NCBI GenBank assembly: GCA_002269645.1
Contig: NIVC01001111.1
Coordinates: forward strand, 124,001-188,000
Length of the DNA stretch: 64,000 nucleotides
Source of the DNA: Macrostomum lignano
Taxonomy: Eukaryota
Reading direction: 5' to 3'
The notes beneath the pieces were generated by a model that worked only from the letters and a program-made list of their open reading frames with translations, searched no databases and was not told where the DNA came from. The position numbers and the translations under genes are program-made. Positions 10,608 to 22,925 of this stretch are shown in pieces. Within the stretch, counting starts at the first letter, position 1, and the number at the start of each line of letters is the position of its first letter.

Positions 10608-13005
10608 TGGGATTGAAGGGTGATTCTCTATGAGATTGAAGGGCGATTCTCTATGAGATTGAAGGGCGATTCTCTGAGACTGAAGGGCGATTCTCCATGG
10701 GATTGAAGGGCGATTCTCTATGAGACTGAAGGGCGATTCTCTATGAGACTGAAGGGCGATTCTCCATGGGATTGAAGGGCGATTCTCTATGAGACTGAAG
10801 GGCGATTCTCTATGGGATTGAATGGTGATTCTCTATGAGACTGAAGGGCGATTCTCTATGAGACTGAAGGGCGATTCTCTATGGGATTGAAGGGCGATTC
10901 TCTGAGACTGAAGGGCGATTCTCTATGAGACTGAAGGGCGATTCTCTATGAGACTGAAGGGCGATTCTCCATGGGATTGAAGGGCGATTCTCTATGAGAC
11001 TGAAGGGCGATTCTCTGAGACTGAAGGGCGATTCTCCATGGGATTGAAGGGCGATTCTCTATGAGACTGAAGGGCGATTCTCTATGAGACTGAAGGGCGA
11101 TTCTCCATGGGATTGAAGGGCGATTCTCTATGAGACTGAAGGGCGATTCTCTATGGGATTGAATGGTGATTCTCTATGAGACTGAAGGGCGATTCTCTAT
11201 GAGACTGAAGGGCGATTCTCTATGGGATTGAAGGGCGATTCTCTGAGACTGAAGGGCGATTCTCTATGAGACTGAAGGGCGATTCTCTATGAGACTGAAG
11301 GGCGATTCTCCATGGGATTGAAGGGCGATTCTCTATGAGACTGAAGGGCGATTCTCCATGGGATTGAAGGGCGATTCTCTGAGACTGAAGGGCGATTCTC
11401 TATGAGATTGAAGGGTGATTCTCTATGAGACTGAAGGGCGATTCTCCATGGGATTGAAGGGCGATTCTCTATGAGACTGAAGGGCGATTCTCCATGGGAT
11501 TGAAGGGCGATTCTCCATGGGATTGAAGGGCGATTCTCTGAGACTGAAGGGCGATTCTCCATGGGATTGAAGGGCGATTCTCTATGAGACTGAAGGGCGA
11601 TTCTCTATGAGATTGAAGGGCGATTCTCTATGAGACTGAAGGGCGATTCTCTATGAGACTGAAGGGCGATTCTCCATGGGATTGAAGGGCGATTCTCTGA
11701 GACTGAAGGGCGATTCTCCATGGGATTAAAGGGCGATTCTCTATGAGACTGAAGGGCGATTCTCTATGAGACTGAAGGGCGATTCTCTATGGGATTGAAT
11801 GGTGATTCTCTATGAGACTGAAGGGCGATTCTCTATGAGATTGAAGGGCGATTCTCTATGAGATTGAAGGGCGATTCTCCATGGGATTGAAGGGCGATTC
11901 TTCATGGGATTGAAGGGCGATTCTCTATGAGACTGAAGGGCGATTCTCCATGGGATTGAAGGGCGATTCTCTATGAGACCGAAGGGCGGTTCTCTATGAG
12001 ACTGAAGGGCGATTCTCTATGAGACTGAAGGGTGATTCTCTATTAGACTGAAGGGCGATTCTCTATGAGACTGAAGGGCGATTCTCTATGAGACTGAAGG
12101 ATGATTCTCTATGAGATTGAAGGGTGATTCTCTATGAGACTGAAGGGCGATTCTCTATGAGATTGAAGGGCGATTCTCTATGAGATTGAAGGGCGATTCT
12201 CCATGGGATTGAAGGGCGATTCTCCATGGGATTGAAGGGCGATTCTCTATGAGATTGAAGGACGATTCTCTATGAGATTGAAGGGCGATTCTCTATGAGA
12301 TTGAAGGGCGATTCTCCATGGGATTGAAGGGCGATTCTCCATGGGATTGAAGGGCGATTCTCCATGGGATTGAAGGGCGATTCTCCATGGGATTGAAGGG
12401 CGATTCTCTGAGACTGAAGGGCGATTCTCCATGGGATTGAAGGGCGATTCTCTATGAGACTGAAGGGCGATTCTCTATGAGACTGAAGGGTGATTCTCTA
12501 TTAGACTGAAGGGCGATTCTCTATGAGACTGAAGGGTGATTCTCTATGAGACTGAAGGATGATTCTCTATGAGATTGAAGGGTGATTCTCTATGAGACTG
12601 AAGGGCGATTCTCTATGAGATTGAAGGGCGATTCTCTATGAGATTGAAGGGCGATTCTCTATGAGATTGAAGGGCGATTCTCCATGGGATTGAAGGGCGA
12701 TTCTCCATGGGATTGAAGGGCGATTCTCTATGAGATTGAAGGACGATTCTCTATGAGATTGAAGGGCGATTCTCTATGAGATTGAAGGGCGATTCTCCAT
12801 GGGATTGAAGGGCGATTCTCCATGGGATTGAAGGGCGATTCTCTATGAGATTGAAGGACGATTCTCTATGAGATTGAAGGGCGATTCTCTATGAGATTGA
12901 AGGGCGATTCTCCATGGGATTGAAGGGCGATTCTCCATGGGATTGAAGGGCGATTCTCCATGGGATTGAAGGGCGATTCTCCATGGGATTGAAGGGCGAT
13001 TCTTT
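10608..13005. repeat. Intronic minisatellite, 23-bp unit (21-bp variants), about 100 copies (Pumilio intron 2)
   Basis: Units gagactgaagggcgattctctat / gggattgaagggcgattctccat. Confidence 0.95.
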
Positions 13006-13092
13006 ATGGAGTTGGACTATACAGCTGGACTATACTATGGACTATACAGTTGGACTATACGAGTACTATAGACTATACACGAGAGCACTCAC

Positions 13093-14124
13093 CTGCACAT
13101 CAGTGGGCACAGACTCCAGAGCCTTCTGTATGACCCGGCAGCCGTACATCTGCAGGGCCAGAGGCAGTACCTGGCCGCGAAGGCGTTGCGCAAGAATCTG
13201 CTTCTGCTCTGGCGTACCAAATTCGAGCAGTTTTTGGATAACATAATTGCCAAACACGTCGGTCATGAGCGGATAGGCGGACTGCAGAATCTCTGTGAAT
13301 ACCAGAGTTTTATCACTGGCATTAGCCGACTCCAGCTTCTGCTGTATAAACCTGGACCCGTGCTGGTCCTGGGCGAACTCAACCACGTGACCAGTGAGGT
13401 CTTGAAGGCTCAGATTCGGCAGCCGATTCTGGCGGAAGTCTTCCAATAGGCGGGATCGACTGGCGGCGGCTGTTGAATCCTTGGACTGAGCCTGCTGCTG
13501 ATGGTGATGATGGTGATAAGCGGGGTGCTGATTGTGGTGGCCCCGCGGGTGCTGCTGCTGGCCGGGCATGTTGAAGAAGCCGCCAACAGAATTGGAAGGC
13601 GGAGACGAGCCATAAAAGCCTCCGCCGCCGCTACCGCCGTCAGGATTGCCGAACATCGGCGGGAACAACCCGAAGCCAACAGAGTCTTTGTTGTCGACTG
13701 CGGCGGCTTTGTAAGCGGCCGCCTGTTGCTGTTGCTGCTGCTGCTGAAACAGCAGGTGATAAGGCAAACCATAAGACATCATATTGCTCAACTGCTGCTG
13801 TTGCTGGTAGGAATCAGCGCCTCCTCCGCCGGTACCGCCAGTCATGTAGGGACCGAAGCCGAACTGAGGCGGCAGCATAGCTGGCGACTGTCCCCTTGTT
13901 GAAGACAGCAACGCCGCGGCGTCATCCGGCTGGTAGGCGTCTCCGGTGAAGGCGCCGCCGCCGAACTGATGACCCGGCAGGTGCTCCGATTGCTGACGAT
14001 AATTTAGGCCGCCAGTTAATTGCTGCTGCTGTTGCTGCTGAAGCAGATCGTAGTCGCTGCTGTAGTCCTGCGGGCCGCCAAGCATCATGCCACCGCCGAC
14101 GCTGGGCGAACCGCTGTCCAACAC
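13093..14124 (-). CDS. pum: Pumilio coding exon 2 (Q/G-rich region and PUF repeats 1-3)
   Basis: aactgtcag|GTG ... CAG|gtgag; [53 protein letters not shown]; 344 codons. Confidence 0.93.
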
Positions 14125-14126
14125 CT

Positions 14127-14937
14127 GACAGTTATTGGTTAATAGACTGGCTTGCATTTGGGATAGGCTTGGGGCAGTTATTGGTTAATAGACTGGCTTG
14201 CATTCGGGATAGGCTTGGGGCAGTTATTGGTTAATAGACTGGCTTGCATTCGGGATAGGCTTGGGGCAGTTATTGGTTAATAGACTGGCTTGCATTTGGG
14301 ATAGGCTTGGGGCAGTTATTGGTTAATAGACTGGCTTGCATTTGGGATAGGCTTGGGGCAGTTATTGGTTAATAGACTGGCTTGCATTTGGGATAGGCTT
14401 GGGGCAGTTATTGGTTAATAGACTGGCTTGCATTTGGGATAGGCTTGGGGCAGTTATTGGTTAATAGACTGGCTTGCATTTGGGATAGGCTTGGGGCAGT
14501 TATTGGTTAATAGACTGGCTTGCATTTGGGATAGGCTTGGGGCAGTTATTGGTTAATAGACTGGCTTGCATTTGGGATAGGCTTGGGGCAGTTATTGGTT
14601 AATAGACTGGCTTGCATTTGGGATAGGCTTGGGGCAGTTATTGGTTAATAGACTGGCTTGCATTCGGGATAGGCTTGGGGCAGTTATTGGTTAATAGACT
14701 GGCTTGCATTTGGGATAGGCTTGGGGCAGTTATTGGTTAATAGACTGGCTTGCATTCGGGATAGGCTTGGGGCAGTTATTGGTTAATAGACTGGCTTGCA
14801 TTCGGGATAGGCTTGGGGCAGTTATTGGTTAATAGACTGGCTTGCATTTGGGATAGGCTTGGGGCAGTTATTGGTTAATAGACTGGCTTGCATTTGGGAT
14901 AGGCTTGGGGCAGTTATTGGTTAATAGACTGGCTTGC
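14127..14937. repeat. Intronic minisatellite, 46-bp unit, about 17.5 near-identical copies (Pumilio intron 1)
   Basis: Unit gggataggcttggggcagttattggttaatagactggcttgcattt; directly abuts the exon 2 acceptor. Confidence 0.95.
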
Positions 14938-14949
14938 TAGAGATGAGAT

Positions 14950-15320
14950 CATAGAGATGATTGCTGAGTGGTGTGTGGGATAGATGGGAGATGATTGCTG
15001 AGTGGGATAGATGGGAGATGATTGCTGAGTGGTGAATGGGAGATGATTGCTGAGTGGGATAGATGGGAGATGATTGCTGAGTGGTGTGTGGGATAGAGGG
15101 GAGATGATTGCTGAGTGGTGAATGGGATAGATGGGAGATGATTGCTGAGTGGTGTGTGGGATAGAGGGGAGATGATTGCTGAGTGGTGAATGGGATAGAT
15201 GGGAGATGATTGCTGAGTGGGATAGATGGGAGATGATTGCTGAGTGGTGAGTGGGATAGATGGGAGATGATTGCTGAGTGGGATAGATGGGAGATGATTG
15301 CTGAGTGGGATAGATGGAGA
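14950..15320. repeat. Intronic minisatellite, variable 29-36-bp unit (Pumilio intron 1)
   Basis: Core gggatagatgggagatgattgctgagt with optional ggtgtgt / ggtgaat. Confidence 0.9.
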
Positions 15321-15341
15321 TGGAAGAACCGCAGAACGCAC

Positions 15342-15878
15342 CTGATCGACAATCTTCATGCCCATGGCAATGAGATCTTTGCTATTAGGCGACAGAGCCT
15401 GGTCCTGCGACTGCACCAAGCCGTGCCGGTGCTGCTGGGCCAACTGGCCGCCGCCGCCACCGACGCCGGTCGACATGTCGATAGGCTGCGAGACGGCGTG
15501 CTCGCTGCTGCCGCCGACAATATCGACAGCGGCGGAAACCGCAGGCGGCCAGCCAGACGAATTTGAGCCGGATGAAACTGCCGGATTGCGATTGGCAGCA
15601 GCGGCCGAGGTCGGAATATCCCAGGGATAGGCGGCCTGGCCCTCCCAGATGCCGCCGCCGCCGCCTCCATCCTGGCTAGTCAGGTGGAACCGGTCGAACC
15701 GACTGCTAAGATCGGCGACCCCGCCGCCGCCTACGCCGCTAAGAAACTCGAGCCCATTGTCTGGGCCCCATCGTTTATCAACATAGGCATTGATTGAGTC
15801 TAGCTGCTGGCGCTGGAACTGATACGATACCTGGGCGTCGTCCTGCGAACGCGACAGATAGGCTGTGCGGTCTGACAT
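15342..15878 (-). CDS. pum: Pumilio coding exon 1 (low-complexity N-terminus)
   Basis: ATG at 15878; donor GATCAG|gtgcgt; 179 codons, phase 0 joining exon 2. No recognisable domain, so assignment rests on frame and splice compatibility. Confidence 0.78.
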
Positions 15879-18800
15879 ACTACTTACTGGCCTGCGAAGT
15901 TTTTAACTGAATTCGGCGACTCTACAATGTTATTTTTAATAGGCAACGTTTAGTTAATCAATAATGACAATACAATATACATATAGACAACATACTGAAT
16001 GCTTTCCAAGTCTTCATTTTTATTCAAAATAACTCTAGACTAATATACAAGCAATGTACTACTAAGGCTTTATAGTATCTATAGGACAAATGTAGGACAA
16101 ATAGGCTAGATAGACTTAGGCAATCTCTTATATCTAAAGCTGAGTGGATTGATCGATTGACCATTAGACTGGGTTTAATGCGTATTACAACTATATCTAA
16201 ATTATTAATGGTAAACACTGCTAAGTACATACCAATGAACACTAAGGCATTCTTAGGCATACCAAAATAGGAATCTCTTGTGACAAAAAATTATCATTTT
16301 ACTACTTACAAGAAAAAATAAATTAAGTGTAATATTTTTTTTCAGTACTATCTTTATTTCAACTAAATTTTTTTCTAAGACTTTTATTAGGCCTACTGAA
16401 TACTTATAATTCAATTTATATTCAACTATTAAGACTACTTAAAACTTATAGATATATTAACCAAAACATACTGACTTAATATTGAAGTAATACAAATGAT
16501 TTATATACTATAAAATTCTAGAGTATACTAAATGAGATATACATAATAATCATATTATAGCCAAAATTTACTTTGTCTATATCTTGGCTATTATATATCA
16601 ATACTAATGATTAAAACTTGGGTATTTTTAGCCTTTAAACATTCATTATTACCTTATAACTAGCTCTTTATTATTTTATATTGTTTATTATTTACTTATA
16701 ATATATATTGGGTCTAGTTAGACTTGAAATCAGAATATCTATGCTATCAAATTGATACTATGATTGATTAATTAATTAATTTATATTTTGAAACATAAGT
16801 GCCAATTTTTTTTTATTTTCTAAAAACTAATTTTGGGATCTTCCCAAGCTTATGCCAAATAGGCTAAGATCTAGAGAATTTATGTTTAATACAAATTTGC
16901 ACCATGCCATAGTAATCACTACTGTGACATTGATAATTCTTTTGTCTCTTTAGTTCTTTGGTTGGTATTTGCTAGGAATTTTTAATGTATATTTTGATTA
17001 TTTCAATATGTTGTATTTTTATGTCTGCTGAAAATGGTTAGCAACACTTTGTTTTACTAGGTTGGCAATACCTTATTTGACATTTTAAATTCTTTGGCTT
17101 CAAAGGAGACAGTTTTTGGGAGCTTCGCCAATAGTCTTATTGCTAACAAGTTAATTATTACAAGCATTATCAAAGAATGCTATCTGCCAGATCTAGAACT
17201 GCATCTAACCTAAGTAGGCCCTACCATATTTTCTTATAAGATCATAATCTCCAAAGCCACTCCAACCTAATTCATTACTTTGTTTGCTTATTAATTATAT
17301 ATACATATAATAATACTATCTAATAATATACTAATTTACTACTATCTATTTGAGAGAAAATACAAATAATCAAATCAAATAATTAGCAAGTTGGTCATCA
17401 ATCACAATCAAGGTTCAATATGTTTATTACTAGTTTTTATATATAAAGCAACTATCAACATACAAATCTTATATTTAATTAGATATTTGTTATACTCTAG
17501 GTTTTTAGTGCAAAATATATGTATGTACCCTAAATTAAAAAAATGCACCTTGAAATTGAAAAGTGAATACAGTTTAGGTATAGTCTTATAACCTTTTTTT
17601 TCTTTGAAGTCTCATTTGCCTCATTTGCTTTAAAACAAGAAAAAAATAAATTATAGGCCTACTTTGAGCTTTAAAATTGCACCTTGAAATTGAGCATAAG
17701 GTATAATTTCAAAAAGTTTTCTTTGGCAAAAAACCTAGTTTACACCCATAGACATAGTCAGGAAGATGGCCTTTTCATGGAAAATTTTGATGCAAAAAGG
17801 GGTTGGACATGTGCCGCACTAGTGCATTCCAGTGCAAAAACAAGCAAGGAAGAAAAATCCGGTGCAGTACAGTGCAAGACAAAAAAATTGATATAACTTG
17901 GTACAAGAAAAACTTCCAATGAGACAATATTTTCTCTAATAGAAAATTAGCATGTAGGCCTATAATTTCTTATAATTAGCACTTTTTGTTTGCTAATGTA
18001 TTGACAGCTTTTTAATTGATTTACATTAACATTACATTTTCTATCAAACATGTTCATAGACAAATTTTACTGACATTTTTCAAATAGAAAATAACTGATT
18101 TTTGCATGGCACAATTAAACTTTTTTGATAGGAATAGGCCTAGTTCTGACACACAGTGTAAGCAAAGTTTTTTGATAAGATTTGTTGTGGTGTACAGCGC
18201 AATCAAACTTTTTTTGATAGGATTCATTCTGGCACAGGCATGCCATAATCCTGACTATCTATGGGTTTACACTAGAATAATAATACTAATATTTAATAAT
18301 ATGTTTATATACATTAATGATTAATAGCAGGGTTTTATATCTAAATAAAAATAAAAATTCCATAAAAAGTAGGCCTATTTATTATTATTTATAATAACAC
18401 AATACATGATAATAGAATAGTAATAGTACAATATAGTTTAATAATAAATATATTTTATAGAATTTTTATTTACATAAAAACAATTTTGATATATAATAAT
18501 AATAAAACTGTCTATGAATAGCTAGAATAGGAAGGCAACCTTAATAAAGAGCTAAATGTTCAAGTCGTCAACTACCAAAATTGAAATCTCACATCGTCAC
18601 ATGTCTAATCTAAGAAACCTAAAATGACTTGTTGCACTTTATTTAATCTAGACAATCCAATAAGTTAAGAATGGAATACTTACTTTTGGTTTTATGTATA
18701 CAGATCAGATGTACAATATATACAGCCTGTACAATACTTTGAAAGCTTGCACTAGCAGGATTCAGATGCTTCAGGCAATGTAGATGCCAGGCAAATTACA

Positions 18801-20579
18801 ATTATCAGCGTGAAATCGAACAATATGTTACAACAATCACCAGATTGTATTTATTGCACGTGGTATTTACAAATAGTCGTAAGTACGTTCTTAAATTTTC
18901 CGGAAATTTTTTCGACTGTCTTTCCACCCTAATGGCCTCCGATCTCCCATAAAATAAGATAATCTCTCTAAATTATAATAGGGATAATTTAGACATGCAG
19001 CACACTGTTGGGTAACCATCCCTCGCCCGTCAGTCATGTCGAGTTAGTATATCTACCCCTTGTGGTTTAGTATCCTATATTCGATTTAACCTTTCCACAT
19101 CGCAGTTTTTAGATAGTTCTTATTCAAGGCAATTTAATTATATTTACAATTATTATTTAAGCAGTCTTTGCTGCTGCAAGAGAGAAGTGTTGTTGCTTTA
19201 GCCAAGGACTACTCAATTAGAGTAGCTGAGTAGTCCTTGGCTTTGGCTTTAGAAGAGAAGAGGTTCAGTATAATGTGTGATCTTTACAACCAGTACATTG
19301 ATTGCTTTTTGGAGCGCACTTTTTCCTTTTACATGAATTTACTTTGTTTCAATCTTCTGAAAACTTCTTAAAAGTTTATTAACCTTAGTAGTACATGGGA
19401 TTTTAATAATTATCAGATCTGCATCCTACGCTCGTAAAGGCCAGAGACTCACACGTAACCAAGTTTTGCGTGCTGTCCATTTGAGGAGGAAACCATAAAC
19501 CCTTTAGGTCCCCTAAGTCGAAGCGACTTACTGTATAGTAACAGGTTGAGAGTCCCGTCTTATTTGCAAAAAAATCTCTTGGTTTAATTTTGCTCCGGTG
19601 ACTGGTGTCATGCCTCTGGCACTGGACTTAAAACACGTACTGGAGCCACGAATGAGATGAATTTATGCATAAATGTAAAAGGGAGCGAGCCAAACATGTA
19701 CAAAACCAACGCCGGCCCTAGCTTGTTCAGTCGCGTGGATCTGCATGGTTATTTCACAAAAATGTGCTTAATTGTACACAATGGCACCAATTAGCACTAC
19801 GGTCTTACCAAGTACTTCTAGACTAAACTAGTTAGACTAGTTAGTCTAGAAGTCCTTGGGTCTTACATACATCATGCAATCACTCACATGTTACATGTAC
19901 ATACATGTACTCGTATATGTACATGTAATTGTTAACATGTAGCTGAATATGATAAATATTTTAAACAGTCTCACATACATGTTTATTTATATGTACATAG
20001 ATCGTAATAATTAATATTTGAAAATCAGCCGTTTTGCATGTTGTTCCAATACATAAATTAACTTTTACTATGTACGTCTTATATGCATACAGGTGCATAT
20101 ATAAAGTTTTTAGATTACTAAAGGAAAGAGCAAGTCACACGACATATATGCATTCCTTCTACCCACACTTCCTTTCTTTTCGTTCTTTCACACCCTATAG
20201 CTCGTTAAAAGGTAAGCGCTTGGCTTTGTTAGGACACACAGCTGTGCCCGAATGTGAGATTCAACATGCATGTTGGAGGAACTAACGGGGGGAGGAGGTT
20301 GGAGGCTTTAGCTTAAGACATTTTGGCGCATAGCGGCATAATATTATATAAGTGCGCATTAGTCGCCAAATAATAATTAGCACAGCTATTCAGCTAAAAT
20401 TAGCAAAACGAATCACAATTGCGAAAGTTTTCTCTGCTCGTGAGAGCCTTATAGGGTCAGCTACAAATTTGTATTATAGCCAGCGAAAACTAAGGGTCTA
20501 AGGCTCTATTTTCTAGATAAATATATAGGATTTTTTTAGCTAACCAGTACCTAATTTCATAATAGTCGAATTTGATCGA

Positions 20580-22253
20580 ATGCTGGCCAACAGGCGGCGT
20601 CAGGTGCTCCGTCTGGCCACCTCGGACCAGGCGTGCGAGGAGCTGCCGTTGACTGTCGCCGGCACTCAAAGCCATAGCATCGGCGGTGCCGGCCAGCAGG
20701 ACGCCTGGCAGCGACTGACAGAGCTGGAGCATCGCCTTCATCAGCCAGTGACCAGCGAACTCATTCAAAATAACAACAATAAGCCTGCTCAAACTAATAC
20801 ACTGTGCTCAATTTGCCACCAGTTGGACCGTCATTACCTGGTGTGGCGCCTGCCACCGGAGTCCGTTCGGCTGAGCCCGCAGGTGGGCCCGACCACATCG
20901 GAGTGGGCAGGCGCGGTGACTCGGGCAGCTGAGCGGGGCAGTCCGGTGCTGCAGAGCCTCTTTGACGAGCTACAAAACGACAACGGCTCGCTCACTTTCG
21001 ACCAATCAGAGCCCACCAGCCGTCTTGTAGCCGACGTTGCCGGCTTCCTCAGCGAGCTGGTCAGCTGTCAGCTGAGCGCCGAGCTGCCCGCAGTGTTCGG
21101 CGACGCCTCCGTCACCCTAATCGGCGGCTGGGCTCAGGAGACGGCGCTGACCAGCGAATTCCCCGTGCTGGACTTTGTGGTCAACCTGCCCGGCTGGGCC
21201 CGCGCCAGCCTTCTCTGCCTGTGCCAGCTGGCACCGGGCCGGGCCAACGGAGTCGTCGTGCGGCACCGCGCAGCCGGCCCGGCCCAGCTGGTTGAAGCAT
21301 CCGCGCCGCACCGGGCCTGCGCGTCCGCCATCGAAACCGCCGTGCTGCAGCGAGCGCTCGGCCTGCTCGAACAGCAGCGCGGCGGTGCCGGCTGGCGGAG
21401 TCGCTTGACGCCAAGCCGCGAGCTCGGCTGGTGGCGCCAGACCGGACGGGACTGGCCTGCGGAGGCCGCCCAGCCCAAGCGGCTGCGGCTCAACCTGGCC
21501 TGGCGGGGGCCGGACGATGCCGCCGCCCGCCTCTGCGGCGTCAACGTCTGGTTCGGCGTCCCCGTGCTGTTGATGGTCGGCGGGCCGCCCGAGGCGGAGC
21601 AGCGGCAGCTGCGCGGCCACCTCCTGCTGGGCGCCGGAGAGCCGCGGCTGCTCCGGCTGGCGCTGGAGGAGCGCCAATGGGCGCTGAGCCGCAGCCGCGG
21701 CTGCCACGACCCGCTGCCGCTGCTCTGCCGGGCGGCCAAATTCGTGCTGAAGCTCGGCGAATACCTGGCCGAGGACGTCAGCATGACCGGCGAGCACCGG
21801 CGCCAGCCGGATCTGTCGTTCTGCGTCAACTCGGCGCTGCGCGAGCTGGCGCTGCGTTACGGCGACAGCGGCGTCCGGCAGGAGGCCTTCGCCAAAGGCG
21901 CGGGTCTGCAGGACCGCCTGCTGGACCTGCTGCGGGCGCTGCTCGGATCGAGGCTCAGCCGGGAGGAGCCGGCCGTCTTCACGGAGTCGCTGCGGCTCGG
22001 TCTCAGCCAGCAGCAGACGTCCTCCGCATCTGCTTCGTCAGTGACGCCGCTGTCGGAGTCAACGGTGTCGATCGTGCGGTACCTGGAGCGCGCGAACCAG
22101 CTGCCGCAGGGCACGGAGAACCTGCTGCCCACCATGCTGCAGTATTTTCAGCTGAAAAACCAGCCGGACCGCCTGCTGCGGGGCGATGAAGACGACAGGC
22201 TGCTGGGGCTGGCCACTCAGATCTCCTTCGACCTGCTGACCCTGTCGGACTGA
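20580..22253 (+). CDS. Intronless Mab-21/cGAS-like (cGLR) nucleotidyltransferase-fold protein, probably catalytically degenerate, 557 aa
   Basis: GC-rich ORF with AATAAA at 22349-22354. Segment FGDASVTLIGGWAQETALTSEFPVLDFVVNL resembles the hG[GS]x9-13DhDh motif; the C-terminal half (LCRAAKFVLKL, LQDRLLDLLRALL, ENLL) resembles the Mab-21 helical lobe. Family call is by eye. Confidence 0.55.
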   Translation: MLANRRRQVLRLATSDQACEELPLTVAGTQSHSIGGAGQQDAWQRLTELEHRLHQPVTSELIQNNNNKPAQTNTLCSICHQLDRHYLVWRLPPESVRLSPQVGPTTSEWAGAVTRAAERGSPVLQSLFDELQNDNGSLTFDQSEPTSRLVADVAGFLSELVSCQLSAELPAVFGDASVTLIGGWAQETALTSEFPVLDFVVNLPGWARASLLCLCQLAPGRANGVVVRHRAAGPAQLVEASAPHRACASAIETAVLQRALGLLEQQRGGAGWRSRLTPSRELGWWRQTGRDWPAEAAQPKRLRLNLAWRGPDDAAARLCGVNVWFGVPVLLMVGGPPEAEQRQLRGHLLLGAGEPRLLRLALEERQWALSRSRGCHDPLPLLCRAAKFVLKLGEYLAEDVSMTGEHRRQPDLSFCVNSALRELALRYGDSGVRQEAFAKGAGLQDRLLDLLRALLGSRLSREEPAVFTESLRLGLSQQQTSSASASSVTPLSESTVSIVRYLERANQLPQGTENLLPTMLQYFQLKNQPDRLLRGDEDDRLLGLATQISFDLLTLSD

Positions 22254-22925
22254 TGGGGCCGAAGAAGATTATCTTGCAATTTTGTATTCAGCTATAATTA
22301 CATCGGAAAGTTGACGGTATAGAAAGAATCAAGTAGTAATCACAAATCAATAAATATATATACATATTTGCATTCGATTGCGACCAGGTGATTAGAAGTC
22401 AAATATCAGAGAGGTACATCTTACGCACAGGTACATCAAAGGTCAATTTGGTACATACATTTATATGTATGTCACAATATTTAAACATTAAAAGGAACAA
22501 ATTCTAGGATAGTTAACAGATAATTATATACTGGGTAACAGATAATGAGTGTAAGCGTATCTCAGATTTCCAGCTACCGGTTGTACTTTTACAGTTGATT
22601 ATAAAATGCCTGTTTTTGCATCCCCTCGATATTGTTTGTTCTTCCTAATTGGTAGCCAGATTACCTCATTATCCTCGTATGGGGAAAATCCCTCAACAGA
22701 GATCAGTGAATAAGATTATCCTTTAAAATTGAAACTTTGCTCGGGAAATGCGCCTATGTATATCCCTTCTGGAAAGCAAGAGACCAATACTCATATCTCA
22801 AGGGACGTCGGCATGGATTTTATGATGGAGGGGGCAAGCCAAGAATTCTACATGCACATGACTAAATTCCTACATGTACATTGTTATGAGAATCAGTGTT
22901 CTTAGCACCCTTTTTTGCGCCCAGG

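Noticed and set aside
16000-18500. Very AT-rich stretch upstream of Pumilio
   Set aside because: No convincing ORF, TIR pair or repeat unit could be recognised by eye; a decayed element cannot be excluded.
21117-22189. Antisense and alternative-frame ORFs over GC-rich exons (also 13410-13902, 30308-30850, 32014-32661)
   Set aside because: Expected shadow ORFs of GC-rich coding DNA; no recognisable motifs.
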